A DNA stretch of 64,000 nt from NCBI GenBank assembly GCA_963716555.1, contig CAVQTJ010000019.1, forward strand, positions 168,241-232,240, written 5' to 3'. This DNA is from an uncultured bacterium (GTDB taxonomy: Bacteria; Chloroflexota; Dormibacteria; Aeolococcales; Aeolococcaceae). Both the position numbers and the translations under genes were made by a program. This document shows positions 1 through 9,923 of this stretch, one piece after another (position 1 is the stretch's first letter; each line of letters begins with the position of its first letter). The notes under the pieces are model-generated. The model saw nothing but the letters and a program-made list of their open reading frames with translations, was not told the DNA's origin and did no database searches.

Positions 1-47
1 GCAGCGTCAACACGCCATCCCTGACACGGTGGCGCCTGCTGCACACC

Positions 48-1334
48 TCATGGCCGGCGAACCACTTCACACGGCGGCTCGCCGCGCAGGAGCATCCCGA
101 CGGTCCCGGAAGAGAGAGCGCGCCCGACCGCCGAGAGCGCGCCTTCGAAGGCGGTCAGGGTCTGGTCCACGGCGGCGCCGTCGTGCGCCAGTGAGATGAA
201 GTTGGCATTGCCCAGGAGGACACCGCGGTCGAGGCACTCCTGCCAGATCAAACCCTTCAGGGTCAGCGCATCGAGACCGGATTCGGGTCTGAGCTCCAGG
301 ACCCGTCGGGGCGCCAGCCCGACCATGGAGGCCGGCACGCCGTGAGCCGTGGCCAGGGCGTTGAACCCGTCGCGGACCGCCGCGCCCTGTTGCCAGAGCT
401 GGCGGCACACGTCCTCGCGCGTGACCTTCTCGAGAGTTGCCTTTGCGGCGGCGAGCGCGACGGCGTCTCCTGCGAACGTTCCTGAGATGAACGCGGTGCT
501 GGTGATCAGCCGCATGATCTCCGAGCGTCCAACCACGGCCGCGAGGGGATACCCGTTCGCCAATCCCTTGCCGAATGCAGCGAGGTCCGGGACCACGCCG
601 AACAGCTCCTGAGCACCGCCTGGAGCGAAGCGGAACCCGGTGATCACCTCGTCGAAGAGGAGCAAGGCGCCATGGGAGTGAGCCAGCGCGCGCACGCTCT
701 CGAGGAAGCCGGGGACCGGCTCCTCCACACCGACCGGCTCCATGATCACAGCGGCGATCTGCTCGGGAAGCTTCTCGAAGAGACCTCGGAGGGAAGCGAT
801 GTCGTTGTAAGTCCAGGGGTGGGTCAACTCGCGAACGGCTCGCGGGACGCCTCCGTTGCGAGGGCTGTGGGCGACGCTCCAGTCGTGCCAGCCGTGGTAT
901 CCGCACATGGCCACGTGGTCCCGGCCGGTGAAGCCACGGGCGAGCCGTACCGCGGCGCTGGTGGCCTCGGAACCGGTCTTCACGAAGCGCACCATCTCCG
1001 CGCACGGGATCATCTCGACCAGGAGCTCGGCCACCTCCACCTCCAGCGGGTGACCCAGCGAGAAGGACACACCCTGGTCAAGCTGGCGGCGCACCGCGGC
1101 GTCCACGTCGGGATCGCGATAGCCGAGCAGCACCGGGCCAAGCGCGCACGGGTAGTCGATGTACTCTCGCCCGTCGACGTCCCAGACCCGGCAGCCGTCC
1201 CCGCGCTGTAGGTACACCGGATAGACGCCGGGAACGTGCTGGTCGGGCGCCTTGCTGTACGTCTGGGTGATGCCGGGCAACACCCGCGCGGCACGCTCCA
1301 AGAGCTCTTGGTCGAGGGAGGTGATGGCGGTCAT
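48..1334 (-). CDS. PLP-dependent class-III aminotransferase, glutamate-1-semialdehyde 2,1-aminomutase-like
   Basis: 428-aa ORF with the family motifs VKTGSEATSAAVRLAR and LLLFDEVITGFR. Its start overlaps the stop of the upstream gene by 4 nt (1331-1334), so it is the last visible gene of the pse-type operon. Confidence 0.8.
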   Translation of the reverse strand: MTAITSLDQELLERAARVLPGITQTYSKAPDQHVPGVYPVYLQRGDGCRVWDVDGREYIDYPCALGPVLLGYRDPDVDAAVRRQLDQGVSFSLGHPLEVEVAELLVEMIPCAEMVRFVKTGSEATSAAVRLARGFTGRDHVAMCGYHGWHDWSVAHSPRNGGVPRAVRELTHPWTYNDIASLRGLFEKLPEQIAAVIMEPVGVEEPVPGFLESVRALAHSHGALLLFDEVITGFRFAPGGAQELFGVVPDLAAFGKGLANGYPLAAVVGRSEIMRLITSTAFISGTFAGDAVALAAAKATLEKVTREDVCRQLWQQGAAVRDGFNALATAHGVPASMVGLAPRRVLELRPESGLDALTLKGLIWQECLDRGVLLGNANFISLAHDGAAVDQTLTAFEGALSAVGRALSSGTVGMLLRGEPPCEVVRRP

Positions 1335-2092
1335 CTGCGGGCCCTCGTCATGGTCCGCCGCGGCGCGGTCTCGGCGGCCTCGGCGAGGATCGGCGCCCCG
1401 CCGCCACCCGGCCCACGGTCGATCTTCAGAAGAGGGCTGACCGCGGCGAATCCCGGCATGGGGTCAGGCGCCAGGGCCGCGAGGAGATGGCTGACCCTGA
1501 CCAAGTCCTCGGGGTAGTCGACTGTGACCCGCAGCTGCGACAGATCGAGTGGCGCGCGGACAGTCGCCGTGCGGAACTCCTCCAGGTGTTTCCGCACCCG
1601 CAGGGTCACATGCTCCCGCTCGGCCCGCGTCGCCGTCTCTCGGTGGAGCCTCTCCAAGCAGGACCGTGTCAGGACCTCGACGTCGTAACCGTCCGGATAG
1701 GTGGGCGGCGTCACATTGCTCGCGTAATCCGCGCCTGTCTCAGCGCGCCGCCGCACCACCGCGTCGACCAGCGCTGGATCCACCAGCGGGCAGTCCGCCG
1801 TGATCCGCACCACCACGTCCGCGGAGAACTCGCGTGCCGCGGCGACAAAGCGGGTGAGGACATCCTCGACAGGGCCGCGGACGACGGCGGCTCCCATGTG
1901 TACAGCGAGCCGGGCTACGGCATCGTCTCCGGGATCGACGGTGGTAGCGACCACCACCTGGTCCACCGTACCGGAGGCCTTGACTTGCTCCACGACGTGC
2001 GCCAGCATCGGTCGCCCTCCGAGGTCGGCCAGGACCTTGCCCGGGAAACGGGTCGAGCCCATCCTCGCCTGGATGACGGCGACCGTGTTCAC
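1331..2092 (-). CDS. Sugar cytidylyltransferase (SpsF / acylneuraminate cytidylyltransferase family)
   Basis: 253-aa ORF. The N-terminus MNTVAVIQARMGSTRFPGKVLADLGGRPML is the typical cytidylyltransferase signature. It has 4-nt overlaps with both neighbours. Confidence 0.75.
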   Translation of the reverse strand: MNTVAVIQARMGSTRFPGKVLADLGGRPMLAHVVEQVKASGTVDQVVVATTVDPGDDAVARLAVHMGAAVVRGPVEDVLTRFVAAAREFSADVVVRITADCPLVDPALVDAVVRRRAETGADYASNVTPPTYPDGYDVEVLTRSCLERLHRETATRAEREHVTLRVRKHLEEFRTATVRAPLDLSQLRVTVDYPEDLVRVSHLLAALAPDPMPGFAAVSPLLKIDRGPGGGGAPILAEAAETAPRRTMTRARR

Positions 2093-3048
2093 ACGCCCCT
2101 CCGCCTCAGGGCCTCGAGCGCCACCTGCACGGAGGCAGCGGCGCGGGGGATGTCGTTGCAGGTCGGTCCGCCACTGGCCGCCGCCGCGAGTACGTGCTGC
2201 ATCTCCGCGACGTACTGAGCGTTGGCATCGGCGTCGATTGCGCTCGCCAGGGTCACCGGCTCCTGTCCTGGCTCCGTGATCACCTCGACCACCCCCCGGG
2301 GCACATCCCAGGTCAGCTCACCATTGGTGCCGATGACGGTGCAGCTCCGGCAGCGCCGCCGCCGTAGATAGTCCAAATGGATGTGTGAGCTGGCCCCACC
2401 CGCATGAGTGATCAGGATGTCCGCCACATCCTCCACATCAACCTCGAGCACCCCGCTTCGGGAGACCCACGACTCCACCTCGACAGCCGGCCCCGCCAGT
2501 TCGAGCGCGTAGTCGATCTCGTGGATCGCGTCGAGAACGATTCCGCCCCCCAGAGCTCGCTGAGCGCTGTAGAGCGTGCGGTAGTCTCGGTCCGGTCGCC
2601 AGGCGGGCAGCCACCAGCCGTAGTCGATCAGGAGGGCAGCCGGACGGCCGACGGTGCCCAGGTTCGAGGCCAGCGTCGCGAAGCCCTGACTGAAGCGAAG
2701 GTTGCAGCCCACCATCACGGCCCTGTGCGGGAAGCGCTCCCCAAGCACCCTTGCCTCTGCCAGGTCCGTCAGTGAGCACGCCAGAGGCTTCTCGACGAAG
2801 ACGTTGGCGTTATGATCCAGCGCCCATGCGAGGTCGCTGACGTGGCGATGGGTGGGTGTGGCAATGACGATGAGGTCATAGGTCGCGGCATCCTCCCGGC
2901 TGACCGTCGCCGCTCCAAGCTCCTCCGCCAGCCGATGCGCTGCCGGCACTTCGACGTCGCACACCGTGACGTCGACCCCGAGCCGCGCCAGGTTGCGGGC
3001 ATGCCGAGAGCCGATCGAGCCGCAGCCGAGGATGAGGGCAGTGGTCAT
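2089..3048 (-). CDS. Gfo/Idh/MocA-family NAD(P)-dependent oxidoreductase
   Basis: Rossmann N-terminus MTTALILGCGSIGSRHARNL and an EKPLA motif. I chose the ATG at 3048 because it forms an ATGA overlap with the pseC stop at 3045-3047. The ORF track extends to 3111. Confidence 0.75.
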   Translation of the reverse strand: MTTALILGCGSIGSRHARNLARLGVDVTVCDVEVPAAHRLAEELGAATVSREDAATYDLIVIATPTHRHVSDLAWALDHNANVFVEKPLACSLTDLAEARVLGERFPHRAVMVGCNLRFSQGFATLASNLGTVGRPAALLIDYGWWLPAWRPDRDYRTLYSAQRALGGGIVLDAIHEIDYALELAGPAVEVESWVSRSGVLEVDVEDVADILITHAGGASSHIHLDYLRRRRCRSCTVIGTNGELTWDVPRGVVEVITEPGQEPVTLASAIDADANAQYVAEMQHVLAAAASGGPTCNDIPRAAASVQVALEALRRRGV

Positions 3049-4283
3049 CGTACGCGCCCCGACCCGATGGCCTGACCGACCTCGAAGGGGCGGGCGGAGA
3101 GCTGAGCCCACCGGTGAATCCTGAGGAGCGAGCGGACGACGTCATCCTGGTCCGCCCGCGACATCGCGGGAAAGAGAGGAAGCGAGACGAGCCTCTTGCA
3201 CAGCGCCTCCGCCTTGGGTGCGATCCCGGGTCGAAAGCCGCGCGCGCGATAGGCGGCCAGGAGGTGGACCGCGGGGTAGTGGAGCGTCGCCTGGATCCCC
3301 TCCGCCCGCAGGGCGTCGATCAGGGCATCCCTGGAGCAGCCGTAGCGATCCTCCATGACCTCGATGGCGTAGAGGTGCCAGCCGCTCTCGCGTCCCAAGG
3401 GTCGTGGCGGCAAGACGATCCCCGGGATCGGGCCGAGAAGATCGTCGTAGCGAAGTGCCAGCGCGCGGCGGGCATCCAGAAGCGCGTCGATGCGGAGGAG
3501 CTGTGAGCTCCCAAGGGCCGCCTGGACGGCGCTCATCCGGTGGTTGCTTCCCAGCGCGGCGACGTCGTAGCGCCAGCTCCGACCGGCGCGCTCCTCGGCG
3601 GTGCTGGTCATGCCGTGGTTCCGCCGGAGCCGGATAGCTTCTGCCAGCGGCGCATCCGCGGTCACGCAGGCGCCTCCCTCTCCGGTGGTGATCAGCTTCA
3701 CCGGATGGAAGCTGAGGGTCGTGACGTCCGCAAGGGATCCGACCGGACGTCCGGCCAGGGCGCCTCCTAGGGAGTGGGACGCATCGGCCACGATCGGGAT
3801 GCGTCGCCGCAGCGCACCCCTGATCGCATCGACGTCTGCGGGCAAGCCGGCGTAGTCGACAACGATGACCGCCTTGGTCCTGGCTGTCACGACGGAGCGC
3901 ACCGATCCGGGGTCGAGAGATCGGTCTGCTCCGATGTCAGCGAACACCGGAGTGGCTCCGTTGCGGAGGATCGCGCTGGCCGTGGCGACGAAGGTGAGCG
4001 GCGTCGTCACCACCTCGTCGCCAGGACCGATGCCGAGCGCCGCGACGGCGAGATCGAGCGCGGCGGTGCCGTTGCTCAGAGCGACGGCGTGTTCCACCCC
4101 GCAGCGCTGCGCGAGTCCACGCTCGAACCGCTCCACATCGGCGCCCCCGGTGAGGGTCCCCGATCTCAGGCATGCGACCACGGCCGCGACGTCCGACTCC
4201 TCGAGCTGGTGGCGGCCGTATGGGAGCGGGAACTCACGGCACGGAGTCCCACCGGCAATCGCCGGAAGGTCTGGCGGGCTCAT
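3045..4283 (-). CDS. pseC: DegT/DnrJ/EryC1-type aminotransferase, PseC-like (UDP-4-amino-4,6-dideoxy-sugar transaminase)
   Basis: The translation has LPYGRHQLEESDVAAVVACLRSGTLTGG, NGTAALDLA, LSFHPVKLITTGEGG and RNHGM. The ATG at 4283 overlaps the pseB stop (ATGA). The ORF track starts earlier, at 4358, inside pseB. Confidence 0.8.
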   Translation of the reverse strand: MSPPDLPAIAGGTPCREFPLPYGRHQLEESDVAAVVACLRSGTLTGGADVERFERGLAQRCGVEHAVALSNGTAALDLAVAALGIGPGDEVVTTPLTFVATASAILRNGATPVFADIGADRSLDPGSVRSVVTARTKAVIVVDYAGLPADVDAIRGALRRRIPIVADASHSLGGALAGRPVGSLADVTTLSFHPVKLITTGEGGACVTADAPLAEAIRLRRNHGMTSTAEERAGRSWRYDVAALGSNHRMSAVQAALGSSQLLRIDALLDARRALALRYDDLLGPIPGIVLPPRPLGRESGWHLYAIEVMEDRYGCSRDALIDALRAEGIQATLHYPAVHLLAAYRARGFRPGIAPKAEALCKRLVSLPLFPAMSRADQDDVVRSLLRIHRWAQLSARPFEVGQAIGSGRVR

Positions 4284-5293
4284 ACCGCCCGGGCGACCGC
4301 TGCTACGGTCTCGGGTGCGGTGTCCACCATCCCGCGCAGGTCGTCGACTCCGAGCCACCAGGTGTTCCGCTGGCTTGTGTAGACGAAGTCCTCGGCGACC
4401 AGTGCCGACCCAGGGAACACAGCGCCCTCCCAGAAGGGGTGTTCCGGCAGGACGACATACGCGTCTCCGGCGTCGAGGGTGCGCCTCGCCTCTTCCGGGG
4501 TCAGGAGCGCCTCATGGAGCTTCTCACCGGGTCGGATCCCCGTGATTCGAATGGGCAGTCCGGGGCCGACAGCTGCAGCGAGGTCGACGACCCTCATGCT
4601 CGGGATCTTGGGCACGAAGACCTCGCCGCCCCGCATCCTGCCCAGGCAGTCGGCCACAAACTGGACCGCTTGATCGAGACTGATCCAGAAGCGGGTCATG
4701 CGGGGATCCGTCACCGTCAGCTCGCCGTTCGACGCCTGGCTCTGGAACAGGGGTACCACGCTTCCCCGCGAGCCGATCACGTTGCCATAGCGAACGCACG
4801 AGAATCGAGTGGACTGCTTCCCGCTGTAGACGTTCGCCTGGATGAAGAGCTTCTCCGCGCAGAGCTTGGTTGCCCCATAGAGGTTGACGGGGTTCACCGC
4901 CTTGTCGCTGCTCAGTGCGATGGCGCGTTCGACTTGTGTATCGAGGCAGGCCTCCGCGACATTCTGCGCGCCGAGGATGTTGGTCTGGATGGCCTCGAAG
5001 GGATTGTATTCGCAGGCGGGCACCTGCTTGAGCGCGGCGGCGTGGACGACAACGTCGGCCCCACCCATCGCGCGGCGCACACGGTCCACATTGCGGACGT
5101 CGCCAAGCAGATACCTCACCCTGTCATCGTGGAGGTGCTGCGCCATCTGGGCCTGCTTGAGCTCGTCTCGACTGAAGACCCTGATGGCCCGAGGCTCCCA
5201 GCGGGCCAGCGCGGTGCGCACGAAGTGCTGTCCGAACGAGCCTGTGCCCCCGGTGATCAGGATCGTCCGCCCCTCGAGGCTTTCCACTTGCAA
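4280..5293 (-). CDS. pseB: UDP-N-acetylglucosamine 4,6-dehydratase (inverting), PseB/FlaA1/CapD-like
   Basis: 337-aa ORF with ILITGGTGSFG, DVRNVDRVRRAM, AAALKQVPACEYNPFEAIQTNILGAQNV and YGATK, which are the short-chain dehydratase signatures of PseB. Confidence 0.85.
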   Translation of the reverse strand: MQVESLEGRTILITGGTGSFGQHFVRTALARWEPRAIRVFSRDELKQAQMAQHLHDDRVRYLLGDVRNVDRVRRAMGGADVVVHAAALKQVPACEYNPFEAIQTNILGAQNVAEACLDTQVERAIALSSDKAVNPVNLYGATKLCAEKLFIQANVYSGKQSTRFSCVRYGNVIGSRGSVVPLFQSQASNGELTVTDPRMTRFWISLDQAVQFVADCLGRMRGGEVFVPKIPSMRVVDLAAAVGPGLPIRITGIRPGEKLHEALLTPEEARRTLDAGDAYVVLPEHPFWEGAVFPGSALVAEDFVYTSQRNTWWLGVDDLRGMVDTAPETVAAVARAV

Positions 5294-5372
5294 TCCTCAC
5301 TCAACGACCGCGCCCAGGGTCAGCGCGACGGGCACGGCGGCGTGCATGGCCTATGGTAGGAGCGGGTGTCGG

Positions 5373-6474
5373 TCACGAATGGCCTGTCACGATCCTGTGA
5401 TCAGGCGGTTTCCGTTCACCTCCAAGAGGGGGTGAGTCATGAGTCGGTGTCGCCTGAAGGGCATACCTCGCACTCTCGGAGCCCGGCGCCGGAGGCGGCA
5501 CCAGCCCTGTCACACCCAGGAGGAAGCCAGAGCCCCACGAGAGGTGCATCGCAGGAAGCAGCAGGCTGAGCGCTGCAGCTCCCGCCGGATCGCGGGGCAG
5601 CTCGGTCAGGACGCGCGAGGCTACGAGCGCCGCGTACCCCCGCACCACCCAGCGCCGCCAGGGCGACGCCAGCGCCACCAAGAGCAGGGGAGCCGCGAGC
5701 TGACGGGGGGCCAGGGATTCGGGATGCCGCCGCACCGTGGCCGCGCGGGAGAGGCCATAGCGAAAGAACTGGCGGGCCACGGCGCTCAGGCGGTCCCGAG
5801 GGACGTAGCTGGCCACAATCCCGGGGTCGAACCATACCCCTCCTCGGGGGCGGAGCCGGTGGGCAAGCTCGGCATCCTCGTTGACTCCGACATCGAGGCT
5901 GTAGCCGCCGGCCGCTCTGGCCAGGCGCGCGGGGTAGCACCCGAGGTAGACGGTGTCGACCCAACCCGGGCGTGCCTCCGGTGTGGAACCGTGCCGGTCC
6001 CGCTCCCAACCGGGACCTCATCGCCAGCCCGGCGGCACGGCCGACGCAGCCGCGACCGTCAACCGGGACCATCAGGCCACCCACCATCGCGGCCCCGGTC
6101 AGGTGCAGTGCTGCCACACAACGCTCGACGTAGTCCGGGGCGATGACGCAATGCCCGTCCACCCGAACGACCACCTCACCCGCGGCCTCACGGAGCGCTG
6201 TGTTGAGGCCCGCTGCCTGGATGCGCGCCGGATTGTCGAGGACGCGCACTCGGGGGTGGCCCACGGCGATCTCGCGGCTGCGGTCGGTCGACCCACCGTC
6301 GGCGACGAGGACCTCGGTGATGGCTCGGTACGTCTGCGCCTCGATGGCGGCGAGGCACGCGTCGAGATGTGCCTCTTCGTTGAGCACCGGAAGGATCACC
6401 GACACAGTGGGCCGCGGACGGGTACGGCACAGGCCCACCCCATCGCGCCCGGAACGACCCAGCAGTGGGATCAC
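5373..6474 (-). pseudogene. Family-2 glycosyltransferase (ExoA-like), disrupted by a +1 frameshift near 5963
   Basis: The N-terminal part (VSVILPVLNEEAHLDACLAAIEAQTY...VRVDGHC) is in one frame. The C-terminal part (WVDTVYLGCYPARLARAAGGYSLDVGVNEDAELAHRLRPRGGVWFDPGIVASYVPRDRLSAVARQFFRYG) continues in the frame of ORF 5373..5816. The two join if one nt is removed in GGGTTGGGTC (minus strand). Total length 1102 nt is 3n+1. A GTG start at 6474 overlaps the upstream stop (GTGA). Confidence 0.7.
5384..5428. promoter_or_regulatory. Glycan-locus motif, copy C (diverged)
   Basis: CTGTCACGATCCTGTGATCAGGCGGTTTCCGTTCACCTCCAAGAG. The first 20 nt match copy A at 17/20, and the CCGT(T)CACC and CAAGAG blocks are retained. 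It lies 91-135 nt upstream of the pseB start and overlaps the 3' end of the GT2 ORF. Confidence 0.45.
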
Positions 6475-7848
6475 CTCCCACCAAGCGAGACCACGGCCAT
6501 CACGGTGCGGGCCAGGATGATGAGGTCGAGGCTCAGCGACTGATGCTTCACGTAATACAGGTCGTAGCTCAGCTTGACCCGCGCGTCGTCGACGCTGCTC
6601 CCGTAGCCGCGATTCACCTGGGCCCAGCCGGTCAGTCCGGGGCGGACGGTGAGCCGCGTGTTGTAGAAGTCGATCTCGGCGCGGAGCTGCTCGACGTACC
6701 GGGGCTGCTCGGGGCGCGGCCCGATGAGCGACATGTGCCCCCGGAGCATGGCCCAGCACTGTGGCAGCTCGTCAAAGTGCAACCGCCGGAGCAGGTGCCC
6801 CACCGCCGTCACCCGGCGGTCCCCCACCTCGGTCCAGGTGGTGGCCCCGTCGGGCTGGTGACGCATGGTGCGGAGCTTGACGACCGTGAAGGGGCGCCCA
6901 TGCTTGCCGACCCGCGTCTGGCGGTGGAGCACCGGACCGCCGTCCATCCGGATGGCGAGCGCCAGCGGCATGAACACGACGCCGAGCACGGCGAGCCCCA
7001 CCAGCGCCACGACACCGTCAACGGCTGCGCCGTACGACAGCATAGACGTGTGAGGTCTCGCTGCGCATCGGGAGCCCAAGCAGCCAGCTGTGCCCGAGTT
7101 GATCAAGGAGAAGGCGGCCGGTCAACTCCTCGTACAGGTCGGCGAGCGACCTGACACGGATGCCGGCGTCATGGCAGGCAAGCAGCCCTCGGAAGAGATC
7201 TCGGTCGATATCGTCGCGGAGGCCGAGTACCACCTCGCCAACCGCCCGGGTCTCGACGATCTCACAGAGCCTCTCGGTGCAGTCGGCGCGGCCGGGATTG
7301 ACCACTGCCGCGACCTGGTAGAGGCCATGTATCTGATCTTTCACCTCCGGCCACACGCGACTCAGGGCTCGGCGGTCCGCGACCAGGGCAATCCGGCTGG
7401 GGGGCGATGAAACCGCCACCAGCCGCCCGTAGAGGAGGCGCTCTCCCATCAGGAGAGTCCAGGCAAGCGGAGCCCATAGGATGAGTGTGGGCCGGGTGAT
7501 CTGGTAGGGCACGATCAGGAAGACGACGAGCAGGCCGATCAGCGAGAAGCCGACGGCGGTTGAGACGCGTGGAATCGTTGCCCGCATCGACACTGCTGTC
7601 CGGATGTTCCACGCGTCGACCACGGTTGCGGAGATGAACCAGAGCCCGAGCGCCACCGCGGTGCCGAGCCGTGGGACGTAGAAGCCGACGCCGCGGACCT
7701 CGGAGGTGCGGAGATTGAAGGCGAGGACAAAGGCGAGCGCCACGGCGACGCCGTCCAAGGCGATGAGGAGAAGGCGCCGTTCGCGGATTGAGATCCCGCG
7801 CCGGCGCACCGCGGGCACGCTGAGGGTGAGCGGGACCTCCGTCACCAT
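6471..7848 (-). pseudogene. Large (WbaP-type) polyprenyl-phosphate glycosylphosphotransferase, split by a frameshift near 7022-7030
   Basis: ORF 7018..7848 is a polytopic N-terminal domain that ends ...SHVYAVVRRSR*. ORF 6471..7106 carries the catalytic bacterial sugar-transferase domain (PVLHRQTRVGKHGRPFTVVKLRTM, DELPQ, LIGPRPE). Removing one nt gives YAVVRR-AVDGVVALVGL, the canonical junction. Length 1378 is 3n+1. Alternatively, a PglC-like small enzyme could start at the ATG at 7043. Confidence 0.6.
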
Positions 7849-7934
7849 TCGAACCTACCAGCTACCGAGCGGCCGTCGGTGATCGAGCGACGACGCCGTG
7901 TTGACAGGATTGCGACATGGTGACCGGCGATCCG

Positions 7935-9803
7935 TCACCGCAGCGCTCCGGTGACAAGGAAGCCGGCCGCCCCCGCGCTGGATCCCGCCACCAGGCGCAG
8001 CCCCGCGAGTCCGGCGATGCAGCCCGCCCCCCAGGCATGCACATCTCCGGGTAGCGGGTCGGAACCAACGAAAACCGCCTGCACTCCGGCAAGGGCACGC
8101 TCAGCCTCGGCGGGGTCCCTGCAGGCTCCGGCGATGGCGACCAGCCGCCAGTCGTCGGGGTAGGATTCGGCATAGGCCCCTGGCTCGACCTCCACGTCCC
8201 GGGTCAGAGCGTCGATCCACTGGCCGGAGTCCGCGTCGCCGTCGTTGAGGATCCGCGACCCTGGCGGGAGGTCCACGGCCAGTTCCTCGATCACCGAGAC
8301 GTCCTGCGAAGGAACCTGAACCGACATCGAGATCTCGTCCGACAGCATGCCGGAGGTGCGCAAGCCACCGATGACGAGCCCACCGCCCGCTGCCACCGCC
8401 ATCGCCGCCGCCGACCACACCCGGACTCGATTCGACGCAACACGGCGGGAAATGACGTCGAGAAGGCCTGCGACGCCGATCGCTGCGAGCACCGGGACGA
8501 TGAAGTACTCGAGGCCATAGAGGCGATCCATGTCCGTCCACGGATATACCCTCACCCAGAGGGGCAGGAGCCACTGAGGACCGGCGACGTCCACCGCGCA
8601 GATGACCGGGACGATCAGCGACCCGAGAAGCCAACGCCCGCGACGTTGGAGCACCACAGCCGCCGCCCCGGCGCACAGGAGGATCCCGGTGAGAATGGAG
8701 AGGTCCAGGTTGACCATCGGTCCGACGATGCCCGGGCCAATGCCCCGCTCCTGGGCGAGATAGGCCGAGGCCTCGTCGAGCCCCGGCCCCGAGGGGTGCC
8801 CGAGCGCTAGCGCCGGCGAGCGGGTCAGCAGGTAGCCGGCTCCCAGGGCCACCGCCACCGATATCAGCCCGGTGGCCGCACCGCGGAGCGCAGCACGCCT
8901 GCGGGTCACCAGGATCGCTAGCCAAAGGAACCCTCCGACGGCGACCGCGGTCGGGATCTCCAGGCCGTGGGTCACCCACATGGCCAGGACGGCAGCGCCG
9001 GCCATCGTCGCGCCGGCAAGCGGGCCCTCCCCTTCGAGGCACCGGGCGACCGCCAGGACCAGCGGCACCACTAGTGTCGATGCGACCAGGTACGGGTAGT
9101 CACCGAACCCGGCCGGCCACGCGGGGAAGATCAGTCCCAGGCTGAGCAGGGCTGCGCCTGCGGCCACCCGCCGGTCACGGGTGACGCGATGTGCGAGCAG
9201 AGCGACCCCCAGCGGCAGGGCCAGCAGGCTGACCAGGGCCAGCGGCAGCATGACCTGGGCAGGTGCGCCAGCTCCGATCTCCGACGTCAGAGCGTCTGTG
9301 GCTTCAAAGGCCAGCTCGGTGCGCACGAACCCGGATCCATCCTCCGGGATGGGAATGATCGGGAGGACGTCACTGTCCTCGACGATCGCGGCGGCGACGG
9401 TCGCATGCACCGAGGGATCGCTGTTGGGGGGCAAGGGCTGACCATGCATCGCCGCGGCCACGACACCAACCAGAGCCGCTCCGGCGATCAGGGCCGCTCC
9501 GGTGGCCGCCCATCCAACCCCGGCGTCCATGGCAGCGTGACCCCTCTGCCGGAGTTGACGAGCAGCCGCGGCGCCGACGACCACTGCCAGGACGGGGAGG
9601 ACCGTAACCGGCTCGAACGGCAAGCCCGTGATGCGCAGCAGCAGGCCGATGATTCCGACGCATCCCACCGAGAACCCCGGAGCCGCTGCCAACCGCTCGG
9701 GCCAGGACAGCCGAGGAGCGATCAGCGCGGTGAGCGCGATACCCGGCACCACGCCAACCAGCAGGACAAAGGGCAGCGCATGGAAGAAGTCGCTCAGCGG
9801 CAC
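7935..9803 (-). CDS. Large polytopic membrane protein with a C-terminal soluble domain (possible GT-C/YfhO-like glycan-processing enzyme)
   Basis: 622-aa ORF with about 12 or more hydrophobic segments followed by a roughly 150-aa non-hydrophobic tail. It is embedded among membrane glycosyltransferases. The function is inferred from context only. Confidence 0.5.
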   Translation of the reverse strand: MPLSDFFHALPFVLLVGVVPGIALTALIAPRLSWPERLAAAPGFSVGCVGIIGLLLRITGLPFEPVTVLPVLAVVVGAAAARQLRQRGHAAMDAGVGWAATGAALIAGAALVGVVAAAMHGQPLPPNSDPSVHATVAAAIVEDSDVLPIIPIPEDGSGFVRTELAFEATDALTSEIGAGAPAQVMLPLALVSLLALPLGVALLAHRVTRDRRVAAGAALLSLGLIFPAWPAGFGDYPYLVASTLVVPLVLAVARCLEGEGPLAGATMAGAAVLAMWVTHGLEIPTAVAVGGFLWLAILVTRRRAALRGAATGLISVAVALGAGYLLTRSPALALGHPSGPGLDEASAYLAQERGIGPGIVGPMVNLDLSILTGILLCAGAAAVVLQRRGRWLLGSLIVPVICAVDVAGPQWLLPLWVRVYPWTDMDRLYGLEYFIVPVLAAIGVAGLLDVISRRVASNRVRVWSAAAMAVAAGGGLVIGGLRTSGMLSDEISMSVQVPSQDVSVIEELAVDLPPGSRILNDGDADSGQWIDALTRDVEVEPGAYAESYPDDWRLVAIAGACRDPAEAERALAGVQAVFVGSDPLPGDVHAWGAGCIAGLAGLRLVAGSSAGAAGFLVTGALR

Positions 9804-9863
9804 TCAACCGATTGTCGTAGGCGATCCTGAACCCTGGCAGCGTCGTCCAACCTTCTCGCCGCC

Positions 9864-9906
9864 CTGTAACGATAGTGTGATCGCCGTCACCAGGTCGTCA
9901 AGATCC
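9864..9906. promoter_or_regulatory. Glycan-locus motif, copy A
   Basis: CTGTAACGATAGTGTGATCGCCGTCACCAGGTCGTCAAGATCC. It sits in the divergent intergenic region between 7935..9803(-) and 9924..11279(+). It matches copy B at 34/40. The reverse complement carries TTGACG. Confidence 0.6.
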
Positions 9907-9923
9907 GCGCACCGCGGGCTTGA

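Noticed and set aside
5437-6759. The 440-aa ORF taken at face value as one protein.
   Set aside because: Its first ~95 codons overlap the sugar-transferase gene in another frame and look non-coding. Its last ~170 codons are out of frame relative to the GT2 C-terminus. I re-interpreted it as a GTG-initiated (6474) GT2 with a frameshift.
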